A DNA stretch of 64,000 bases from Bdellovibrio sp. (lineage in GTDB: Bacteria; Bdellovibrionota; Bdellovibrionia; Bdellovibrionales; Bdellovibrionaceae), in the NCBI GenBank assembly GCA_036677065.1, contig JAKFBS010000001.1, forward strand, positions 96,001 to 160,000, read 5' to 3'. The position numbers and the translations under genes are program-made. This document shows positions 54,956 to 64,000 of the stretch, piece by piece (within the stretch, counting starts at the first letter, position 1; each line of letters begins with the position of its first letter). The notes under the pieces are model-generated. The model was not told the origin of the DNA, made no database searches, and was given only the letters and a program-made list of their open reading frames with translations.

Positions 54956-55159
54956 ATGAAAAAACATATTACACAACTCGTTCTTGTTTCAATAATGATA
55001 TTTACGCAAAGCTGCGCCGACTATGGACTTGGCGGTAACACAGATACAGCCAACACCCTAATGACCAAACCCTATCCGCCATTAGAATCTTCTGACGGTA
55101 ATATTAAGTTATTTCGAAGCCAAAGATTTTCTATACAGGACTTCCGGAGAGCTTTTTAA
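54956..55159 (+). CDS. Small putative lipoprotein
   Basis: MKKHITQLVLVSIMIFTQSC lipoprotein-like signal; 67 aa. Confidence 0.55.
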   Translation: MKKHITQLVLVSIMIFTQSCADYGLGGNTDTANTLMTKPYPPLESSDGNIKLFRSQRFSIQDFRRAF

Positions 55160-55219
55160 ACAAAGTCCTCTCTAGGGGAAAAATAGGTGTTATATTTAAA
55201 ACTTCACCAGGAGTTAAGT

Positions 55220-55730
55220 ATGAAATTTATTTCAGTATTAGTATTAACGGTTTTCATCACAGGTTGTGCGACCACTCAAACTTCAGCATCGCGCCAAGCG
55301 GCTCAAACAATGCCGCAACATTTTAGCGCGGAAGGTTTTGCCTTGGTTGATTTAACAGATGTTGTTGTTATGAATAACAACTCAAAAACAAATGATCTAT
55401 CAGTTCAAGTTGGCGTAGTTAAAGAAGTCGATGAGTGGTTATATAAAATGTTAGAAAAAGAAACTGGTGCAGACTCGCTTCTTTCAAGAATTTACTACGC
55501 TCCCGCAAAAGATGGTTCTGAAACTTATGTGGTCATTTCCAAAGTCATGACTAATTTTAATTTAAATATTGTGAAAAGTGTTAAAAAAGGTAAAAAAAAC
55601 AATTCTTACAACAACGGTTTATGAAATCGTAAGCGCTAACCAACAAAATTTAGAAGTTGTTAAAGACGCGCAAAACTCACCGGAAGGCTTTACAGTTTTC
55701 AACGGTGCAAAAAATCTATTTCCGTTTTAA
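55220..55730 (+). pseudogene. Lipoprotein frameshifted at an A8 tract (stop at 55624 as written; alternate frame to 55730)
   Basis: ITGC lipobox; removing one A from 55592-55599 gives 43 protein-like codons ending at TAA 55728-55730. Confidence 0.6.
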
Positions 55731-56087
55731 AACTTTAATCTCTACGTAGACGACCAATAGGATAATAACAATTTCGGCAGTTAAAAATGTTTTGCCAAGT
55801 GAAGTTATACGCTCGCGAAACAAAATTAGGGCTGCCGAAATTAAACAGTAAAACAAATTGGCAGAAATGATCGTTATCAACATCCACGGTCGAATCTTAG
55901 GAACGAAAAAATAACAGCTTAAAGAATATAAGGCATACGCCGCTGGCAACATCGCCAAGCTTTGCAATAGCGACACGTTAATTCCAAGAAACAAAGAATA
56001 ACGAACAAGAATAAGCCCCGTAAAGCAAGCACTAAGAATCGCGCCGATTCCATCCAATAGAAAAATATTTTTTTGATTTAAACGCAC
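55716..56087 (-). CDS. Hypothetical four-TM membrane protein
   Basis: IFLLDGIGAILSA...IISANLFYC; hydrophobic helices. Confidence 0.75.
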   Translation of the reverse strand: MRLNQKNIFLLDGIGAILSACFTGLILVRYSLFLGINVSLLQSLAMLPAAYALYSLSCYFFVPKIRPWMLITIISANLFYCLISAALILFRERITSLGKTFLTAEIVIILLVVYVEIKVLKRK

Positions 56088-56088
56088 G

Positions 56089-56967
56089 CTACTGATGACG
56101 ACTTAAAAAGTCGCGAAGTTTTAAATTTAGAAATTCTGGAAAATCCAACTGACAGCAGTGTGATCCATAGGGCACTAAAACATATTCTGCCCCGTGAATT
56201 TGATCGACCAATTCTTTTTGATAACTTGGTGGAGTTAAAAAATCGCGATCGCCGGCAATCACTAAGGCAGGTTTATCGATAGAATGTAAAATTCTTGTGC
56301 CATCAAAACCTAATAATTGTTCAAACAATCTAAAAAATAACGGAAGTTCTAGTCTTGAAACTCCCCGCCCGTACATTTCGATATCTTTAAATTGCGTAAG
56401 TTTTATATTAAAACCGCCAGATAATGCGGCCACTTGAAAAGCGACGGGATTATCAATCATGGCTCTCCATAGCGCATTCCATAGGTCAGGGGCTTTGGTG
56501 TGTTGAATTTTTAAAAATTGAAAAAGTGGCTCTACGAACTCTAAACCAAAAAGTTTTTTCAACGGGTTTCTGGCAAAACCATTAATGAATGTTAAAGTTT
56601 TAAAAATTTCAGGAAACTGTTCAAAAGATTTTAATTGATAAGGAACACCAAAACTGTGACCGACCACGTGGGCACTTTTATGACCTAAATGATTGATTAA
56701 CCCCTTAAGATCAAAAGCTAAATGTTCAAAGGTCATGTTATCAAGATTTCTTACCGGCACACTTTTGTGATGACCGCGAATATCAAACAAAATCACCTGA
56801 TGCGTGCGCGAAAAAAATTCGACTTGTGGGTGCCAGTGATTCATTAAACAAGCGATGCCGTAAATAAAAACAATAGGTTCGCCTTTGCCATGAACTTCGT
56901 AATAAATCGGAGTTCCATCCATGGCTTCATAGTATCCAGTTTTTTTCTCAATAAATTGTGCACTCAT
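56089..56967 (-). CDS. Alpha/beta-fold hydrolase
   Basis: FDIRGH, GHSFG nucleophile elbow, GDRD, GSH. Confidence 0.92.
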   Translation of the reverse strand: MSAQFIEKKTGYYEAMDGTPIYYEVHGKGEPIVFIYGIACLMNHWHPQVEFFSRTHQVILFDIRGHHKSVPVRNLDNMTFEHLAFDLKGLINHLGHKSAHVVGHSFGVPYQLKSFEQFPEIFKTLTFINGFARNPLKKLFGLEFVEPLFQFLKIQHTKAPDLWNALWRAMIDNPVAFQVAALSGGFNIKLTQFKDIEMYGRGVSRLELPLFFRLFEQLLGFDGTRILHSIDKPALVIAGDRDFLTPPSYQKELVDQIHGAEYVLVPYGSHCCQLDFPEFLNLKLRDFLSRHQ

Positions 56968-57617
56968 TTTAAAATCGAAAGCTCCACTACGTTGGCTCCA
57001 AACATCACACGATCTCCAGTTTCGATGGGATGTTGTGTGAAGGCTTTGCCATTGATAAGTATCTTATCACCGCAAAGAGTTTCGATGTAAGCTGTTTCGC
57101 CGACCTGAAAAAATTTGGCAATTTGTCCGGGCTGGGTGGGGTCTTTTATGTTTAAATCTAGGCTATTAAAACCCATGGTTCTTGGACCATAACTGAGCGT
57201 GTAGAATTCGTCGGTTTGTGGACCTGATAAGAAAGTTAGGCGCACGGGGTATAAATAGAAGAAAAACTCGGTTAAAATGGGCTCCCAGCTGTCAGATTCT
57301 AAAAATTCTACTAAGGATTCTTCCCAGGTGGTAAAACTAGATTTAGGCTTTTCGATCACCTTAAAACCCGTCTGTCCCATATGAAAAATCAGCCCATTAA
57401 TTAAGCTAAGCGACACCCCTTCAGATGAACCAGCGCGAATTTTATTGCCGTCTAAGGCTCTGATTTTCCATAAGAAATTTGGATCTAGATAGATTTCAGC
57501 GTGCACCGACGCCATTTCGGGATCGCCGAAATAGCCCGACGAGAAAACGTAGTTCTCGCGCATGGTTATAATCTGTCCTTTGTGGTGTCCGTCTAACACC
57601 TGCAATGCCAATTTCAT
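56964..57617 (-). CDS. Tandem degenerate FHA-domain protein
   Basis: Two FHA-like units (LQVLDG...DPEMASVHA; LTFLSGP...ILING...IETGDRVMFG). Confidence 0.7.
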   Translation of the reverse strand: MKLALQVLDGHHKGQIITMRENYVFSSGYFGDPEMASVHAEIYLDPNFLWKIRALDGNKIRAGSSEGVSLSLINGLIFHMGQTGFKVIEKPKSSFTTWEESLVEFLESDSWEPILTEFFFYLYPVRLTFLSGPQTDEFYTLSYGPRTMGFNSLDLNIKDPTQPGQIAKFFQVGETAYIETLCGDKILINGKAFTQHPIETGDRVMFGANVVELSILK

Positions 57618-57693
57618 AAAATTATCTTAGGGCCTAGATCAAGCCTTGTCTACGACTACGGAAGCTGCTAAACCAGTTGAACATTATAAGTCA

Positions 57694-57734
57694 TCCTTGC
57701 TCCCCGATAGTCGGTGGAGCTTTAACCGGAAGGA
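57694..57734 (+). ncRNA. S6:S18-type ribosomal protein leader RNA upstream of rpsF
   Basis: TCCTT/AAGGA (RBS-sequestering) and GCTCC/GGAGC stems with CCG in the 3' internal loop. Confidence 0.75.
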
Positions 57735-57740
57735 ATATCC

Positions 57741-58190
57741 ATGGATCTTAAGACAGACCTTAAGCGTCCGTATGAGGTTGTTATCCTCATGCACCCAGAC
57801 GCAAACTTAGAAGAGCAAAAAGCTCTTTTCAACAAAAACAAAACAACAATCACTAGCTTTAAAGGCTCTGTGCACTCAGTAGAAACTTGGGGCAAAAGAA
57901 ACTTAGCTACACCGATTGGAAAAATTCGTAAAGCTGTGTTCTTTCACTCAGTTTTCGAAGCTAATCCACAAGCGGTTATGGAGATTGAACGTACTATGCG
58001 TATCAATGATAAAGTTTTACGCTTTATGCATACACGCTTAGATGAACGTACTTCTACTGCAAAACACTTAGAAGCTTTCAAAAAAGGCTTAGCTGAGTCA
58101 GCTGCAAAAGAAAAAGAACGTGAAGCAAAAGCACAACTTCGTCGTCAGGCAGCTCAACAAGCTCGCATGGAAAGACAAGACGAAGAGTAG
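57741..58190 (+). CDS. rpsF: 30S ribosomal protein S6
   Basis: YEVVILMHP, WGKRNLATPI, RINDKVLRF. Confidence 0.96.
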   Translation: MDLKTDLKRPYEVVILMHPDANLEEQKALFNKNKTTITSFKGSVHSVETWGKRNLATPIGKIRKAVFFHSVFEANPQAVMEIERTMRINDKVLRFMHTRLDERTSTAKHLEAFKKGLAESAAKEKEREAKAQLRRQAAQQARMERQDEE

Positions 58191-58197
58191 ATAGAAC

Positions 58198-59076
58198 ATG
58201 CTGCCACAACAAGCCTCAGACAATAAAAAATATTTCTTACTAGCGGCAGTTTCTGCTGCTATGAGCATTATTTTTTCAATCATGAGTGCTCCGTTTATTC
58301 GTGTGTTAGCAGCAACTAAATCCAAAATTTTTTGGTTGGTTGGATTAGTTTTTGTGACTTCATTATTTTTTCTAAAGATGAACCTGGTCGCAATTTATGT
58401 AGGGGCAGTTTGGATGACTTTAGGCCTTTACAGTGAATTGGAAAAAAAGGGCATCACGTGGAAAAAATCAGGCGCCTTATCGGTTTTTGCCGGTATGTTG
58501 TTTGGAGTAATCGCATTTCTCTCAATTACGAAGTGGTCTGTTGATCATCAGTTATACAAAGAGGTAATCGATCCACTCATGGCTTCATTAAAACAAGTTT
58601 TACCCGATGAAAATTTCGAAAACAAAGCCGTAATGATGTTTATGCCGGGATTGCTGGCTTCTGCATTGATCAGCTCTTTAGCTGTTTCACTTGTATTTGA
58701 AGCACAAATCTTCAAAGTTTTTCAGATTAAACGTGAAAAACTGGCTTCGGGACTTAAATGGTTAGAATTTCGATTACCTGATATGTTTATCTGGATATCG
58801 TTATTTGCATTTTTATTTTCAGCAGTAGAAACACCATTTCAATTTCTTCAAGTGATCGCCATTAACTTCGCGGTTATCAGCATTGTGAGCTTTTTCTTTC
58901 AAGGGATTTCAGTTTTCGAATTTGCTACACGAATTTTCAGATTAGGCAGAATAACAAAAGTGTTACTTTATCTTTTAATTATCACATGGGCGCTACCGGT
59001 AGTGACAATCCTAGGATTTGCCGATTACTGGGTGGATTTTCGCCGACATATGAGAAAAAAGATTAAAGTAGCTTAA
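58198..59076 (+). CDS. DUF2232/YybS-family membrane protein
   Basis: Multi-TM, FRLPD, FFFQGISV, GFADYWVDFR; upstream of rplI. Confidence 0.85.
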   Translation: MLPQQASDNKKYFLLAAVSAAMSIIFSIMSAPFIRVLAATKSKIFWLVGLVFVTSLFFLKMNLVAIYVGAVWMTLGLYSELEKKGITWKKSGALSVFAGMLFGVIAFLSITKWSVDHQLYKEVIDPLMASLKQVLPDENFENKAVMMFMPGLLASALISSLAVSLVFEAQIFKVFQIKREKLASGLKWLEFRLPDMFIWISLFAFLFSAVETPFQFLQVIAINFAVISIVSFFFQGISVFEFATRIFRLGRITKVLLYLLIITWALPVVTILGFADYWVDFRRHMRKKIKVA

Positions 59077-59108
59077 GCCGTGCCGAAGGCACGTAAAAGG
59101 ATTTTACA

Positions 59109-59552
59109 ATGAAAGTAATTTTACAAAAAGACGTTAAAGACTTAGGAAAAGTTGGCGATCTAGTTAACGTTTCTGCAGGTTTTGCTAGAAATTTATTATT
59201 CCCACGCAAATTAGCTGTTGAAGCTACTGAAACTCGCGTGAACGAATACAATCACTTAAAACGCGTTGCTGATTCTAAAAAGAAAAAAGCAGCTACAGAG
59301 CGCCAAGCGTTCTTAGCAAAAATTAAAGGTACAACTGTTACTTTTAAATTAAACGCTGGTGATGGCGATAAACTTTTCGGAACTGTTACAACTTCTGATA
59401 TCTCTAAAGGCCTAGGCAAATTAGGTTTTTCTGTAGACAGAAAAGACATCGTTCTTGAAGAGCAAATCAAAGTATTAGGAACTCATAAAGCAGTTATCAA
59501 GTACAGCGAAGGAATGGAAGCTCCAATCCAAATCTCTGTAGAACGCGCTTAA
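59109..59552 (+). CDS. rplI: 50S ribosomal protein L9
   Basis: [33 protein letters not shown]. Confidence 0.98.
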   Translation: MKVILQKDVKDLGKVGDLVNVSAGFARNLLFPRKLAVEATETRVNEYNHLKRVADSKKKKAATERQAFLAKIKGTTVTFKLNAGDGDKLFGTVTTSDISKGLGKLGFSVDRKDIVLEEQIKVLGTHKAVIKYSEGMEAPIQISVERA

Positions 59553-59581
59553 TAGTTTTTAACTCGAGATTAAGAACCACC

Positions 59582-59616
59582 AAAGGGCTGGCACCGCAAA
59601 GTGTCGGCCCTTTTTT
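59582..59616 (+). terminator. Intrinsic terminator after rplI
   Basis: AAAGGGCTGGCAC/GTGTCGGCCCTTT stem plus T-run. Confidence 0.85.
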
Positions 59617-59672
59617 ATTCGCTTAACTCAATAGCAGTGGTACATTGAATCCCTATGAACAGGGGGCTTGCC

Positions 59673-61286
59673 ATGACAAAGCTTTTCGTAATTTTAGGTC
59701 TTATTTTTTCGACTCAAGTATTTGCTAAAAAAACAGAGGGTGCAGTTATAACTCAGGTTGTACCAAGCGAGATCGTTTTAACAGTTAAAAAAGGTTATCA
59801 CTTCAATGACAAGGCTCCGGCAAGTGTTGTGTTTGATGATTTAGAAGCTAAACATAAACCCCTCATTAAAACTGAACAAAAATTCACTTTTAAAGTTTTA
59901 GAAAAAGCTAAAGTAGCAAAACTTAACTACTACGTTTGTGATGATGCAAAAACAGTTTGTGAATCTCATGATCAAACTGTTGAGTTGACTGCAAAACGTG
60001 CAGCAACTGATGCGGCCCCATATGATCGCGCAGTGGCCTCTGATGCTCCGGTAAAAAAATACGATAAAATCACGCTATTAAAGTTTTCGGCGCCTTGGTG
60101 CCCGGCGTGTATTCGTTTAAAATCAGAAACAATGAATAAACCACAAGTTCAAGCGTTGCTAAAAAAAGCCAACCTAGTTGAAATCAATATCGATTTAGTT
60201 GAAAGCGAAAAAATTTCTGAACTATACGGTGTTAAAGCAATTCCGACAGTGATTTTAGTCAACGAACAGGGTGAAGAATTAAAACGTTGGTTAGATTATC
60301 AACCAGTAAAATCTTTTGCAGCAGAATTACAAACAGCACTTAAAGAAACACAATCAATCAACCAATTAACGGCAAAAGCCGAAGCTGGTGACGAAAAAGC
60401 ATCAACAACTTTGGCGTACAATTCTTATAGTAAAATGCAGTGGAAAGACGCTGCCAAATGGTTTTCTTTTGCAAAAGGTGCCAAAGAATTAAATTACAAA
60501 TTATCTTCTGAAATTGCATTAGCTCAAGATGATTTGGGTGATTCAGCAGAATCTAAAAAAGCTTACCTACAAGCACTAGAAAAAGGGTTTACACTTTCAT
60601 CTTCAGTTTTAGATCAAACTCGCTGGAAGCTTGATTATTTAGAGCAGTTAAAAGAACAAGAAAGACCAATTGAAACAGATGCGATCAAAGCTTTACAGTT
60701 TCAATTAGCAGAAGTAAAAAACAATAAAGACTTAAAAGGTTTATTCGCAAAATCGACTTTAGGTGATGCCGAAAACTTTGAAAAAGCAGAAATTATAGAT
60801 ATGACTGCCCGTCTTTTTAAAATCACTGACGACAAAGAAAACACTAAAAAAACTCAAGCTGAATTAGCCCAAGCAGTTGATAAAGTTAAACTTTCAACAA
60901 AGCTGCCAGGCCAAATGATTTCTGCAATTTGGTATTATGGCCAAGCGGGAACTCCGGAAAAAGCAGAATCACTATTAAAGCAATTAATTAAAGCGTACCC
61001 AAAAACTTATGTGTACTACCAACGGTACGCGAGCTTTTTAACAAAACAAAAACGTCACGAAGAAGCTTTGGCGAACGCGAATTTAGCCTTAGAATTTAAA
61101 GAAGGTAACGAGCCGCAATTAAGTTTGGCAAAAATTAAAATCTTAAAAGAACTAGGTAAAAAAGACGAAGCGATCGCTTTAATCGATAGCACGTTAAAAA
61201 TTACTGAAGCGTATCCGACGAAATACAAAAGAACGCAAACGGCATTAGTTGATTTGAAAAAGACGCTAACAACAGCGACAAAATAA
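59673..61286 (+). CDS. Exported DsbD-N-like / thioredoxin / TPR fusion protein
   Basis: Signal peptide; GYHFN...YYVCDDAKTVC; FSAPWCPAC; TPR-like C-terminal half. Confidence 0.8.
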   Translation: MTKLFVILGLIFSTQVFAKKTEGAVITQVVPSEIVLTVKKGYHFNDKAPASVVFDDLEAKHKPLIKTEQKFTFKVLEKAKVAKLNYYVCDDAKTVCESHDQTVELTAKRAATDAAPYDRAVASDAPVKKYDKITLLKFSAPWCPACIRLKSETMNKPQVQALLKKANLVEINIDLVESEKISELYGVKAIPTVILVNEQGEELKRWLDYQPVKSFAAELQTALKETQSINQLTAKAEAGDEKASTTLAYNSYSKMQWKDAAKWFSFAKGAKELNYKLSSEIALAQDDLGDSAESKKAYLQALEKGFTLSSSVLDQTRWKLDYLEQLKEQERPIETDAIKALQFQLAEVKNNKDLKGLFAKSTLGDAENFEKAEIIDMTARLFKITDDKENTKKTQAELAQAVDKVKLSTKLPGQMISAIWYYGQAGTPEKAESLLKQLIKAYPKTYVYYQRYASFLTKQKRHEEALANANLALEFKEGNEPQLSLAKIKILKELGKKDEAIALIDSTLKITEAYPTKYKRTQTALVDLKKTLTTATK

Positions 61287-61416
61287 TTTACCAACTCGAC
61301 GCCACAGTAACCGTCTATTAAAAACATCAGACCTAGGTCACTGTGGTTTTAACAAAATTTGTGATCCTTACATTTAGCGAGTAAACTTTATTTATAGCTA
61401 TGTGAAGGAGTCACAA

Positions 61417-61986
61417 ATGAAAATGTTATTAGTTTCAACCACGGCACTTTTTTTATTCTTTTCTTGTGCGCAAACACAAAATAAATCAGATCGACAGACA
61501 GCTAATGAAGCTGACATGACTTACCAACCAGAAGTTGCGACAAAATCAAATCAACAAGAAGTGGCAGAAAATCTGATCTGTCGTCCGGCGCCAACTGTTC
61601 CTGCCAGTGCGCACGAGCTAATTATTAAAGTTCACTTAGATCAGCCGATCGCTCACTTAGCCGAAGTTCTTGTGGCGGGTGATACGAAATCAACAGGACA
61701 TGTTTCGGTTTATACAAAATCTGTAGGACAAGAAGCGCAATTGCAATATTCAGCGCCAACACGTTTTGCTAAAGAGCCGACGGCTTTTAGTTCAGAATTA
61801 CGCGGATCAATGGCGATTCCAGGCGCAATAGATGCTGGCTGGATACACATTGTTCCGAATATGAAAAAAGGTTACTTCGGTTTTGGAGGATATAAATATT
61901 CTGGAGGCTATAAGGGCGCAGTTTATTTATCTAAGCTTGGACAAAGCTGGTACCAAACTGAAAGTTTAAACTGCGAAGTTAAATAA
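61417..61986 (+). CDS. Hypothetical lipoprotein
   Basis: AAGGAG RBS; FFSC lipobox-like signal. Confidence 0.7.
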   Translation: MKMLLVSTTALFLFFSCAQTQNKSDRQTANEADMTYQPEVATKSNQQEVAENLICRPAPTVPASAHELIIKVHLDQPIAHLAEVLVAGDTKSTGHVSVYTKSVGQEAQLQYSAPTRFAKEPTAFSSELRGSMAIPGAIDAGWIHIVPNMKKGYFGFGGYKYSGGYKGAVYLSKLGQSWYQTESLNCEVK

Positions 61987-61988
61987 TA

Positions 61989-62180
61989 TTACTGAACGCG
62001 CTCTGGTGAGGTTCCATAAAACACCTCATCAATGTAGATTAGAAGGCACTGGCGAAGATCTTCGACAGTCATGGTATCAGGATCAAGCTCAAGCGCACGA
62101 ATCGCCGCAAAAAGCTCGGTCTCAATAGTATCTTTATCCATTTTTGCTGCTTGAGAAAAAACCTCTATAACTCGACTCAC
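61989..62180 (-). CDS. Small helical hypothetical protein
   Basis: GGAGG RBS before GTG 62180; 63 aa. Confidence 0.65.
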   Translation of the reverse strand: MSRVIEVFSQAAKMDKDTIETELFAAIRALELDPDTMTVEDLRQCLLIYIDEVFYGTSPERVQ

Positions 62181-62442
62181 ATTCGCCTCCGTGCTTTTGT
62201 GGGTTGTCTGTGTGAAAAGCCCTATCCATGGGCTTTTTAGGTTGATCAACATTCATTGATTGTTCCTATTGCTCAGACAGTTTTATTCGACCACTGGGTT
62301 ATTATTGTTTCAATTTTTTTACGTCACCCGACATTTTTTTAGACTTTAGTTGGCCAAGGCCAATATCTAGCTTTTGGAGATGTTGGGGCTTAAAAAAGGG
62401 GCAGAACTGGATCCCTATAAAATTTTCTCGATAGAGGTAGCC

Positions 62443-62472
62443 TTGACAGAGCAAAACGGCTACACATATTAC
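62443..62472 (+). promoter_or_regulatory. Candidate groES promoter
   Basis: TTGACA at 62443 and CATATT/TATTAC 16-18 nt downstream. Confidence 0.45.
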
Positions 62473-62506
62473 CTCTTGATTAAACAATAAAATAGGGAGG
62501 CTTTCC

Positions 62507-62806
62507 ATGGCTAAAGAATTAGGCGTACGCCCATTACATGACAGAATTTTAGTAAAAAGAACTGCAGAAGAAGACAAAACTGCTGGCGGATTATTTATTC
62601 CAGATTCAGCAAAAGAAAAACCTCAACGTGGCGAAATCGTAGCTGCGGGTAAAGGTCGCATTACTGAAGACGGTAAAGTTTTACCTTTAGAAGTAAAAGT
62701 TGGCGATAAAATCTTATTTTCTAAATACGCAGGTACAGAAATCAAATTCGACGGATCAGAATTCTTAATGATGCGCGAAGAAGACGTTCTTGGAATCGTT
62801 CAGTAA
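62507..62806 (+). CDS. groES: Co-chaperonin GroES
   Basis: [30 protein letters not shown]. Confidence 0.99.
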   Translation: MAKELGVRPLHDRILVKRTAEEDKTAGGLFIPDSAKEKPQRGEIVAAGKGRITEDGKVLPLEVKVGDKILFSKYAGTEIKFDGSEFLMMREEDVLGIVQ

Positions 62807-62813
62807 TTACTGA

Positions 62814-64000
<1,187 letters not shown>

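Overview
Replication-origin region of a Bdellovibrionota-like chromosome (taxon inferred from gene order and protein content). Left of oriC, mostly on the - strand: a membrane-arm-only complex I cluster (nuoA-H-J-K-L-M), mfd, a four-gene exported-protein patch, the F1/stator half of ATP synthase (atpF'FHAGDC), bactofilin-parB-parA with three parS sites, rsmG-mnmG-mnmE-khpB-yidC-yidD-rnpA-rpmH. dnaA follows, then oriC with DnaA boxes, DnaA-trios and an AT-rich tract. Right of oriC: dnaN-recF-gyrB-gyrA-TPR-atpZ-atpI-atpB-atpE, then pgm/pdxA/three parvulins/acyltransferase/etfAB, sdhCAB, an accessory patch (subtilase, small lipoproteins, hydrolase, FHA protein), rpsF-DUF2232-rplI without rpsR, a DsbD-like thioredoxin-TPR protein and groES-groEL (partial). 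I saw no rRNA, tRNA, CRISPR array, transposase or prophage. The window is mostly housekeeping. The best leads are a secreted isochorismatase-fold protein beside a FecR-like protein and an OM barrel, a small protein with a clamp-binding-like motif, a poly-A frameshifted lipoprotein, a terminator inside a lipoprotein signal-peptide sequence, and a soluble DsbD-like fusion.
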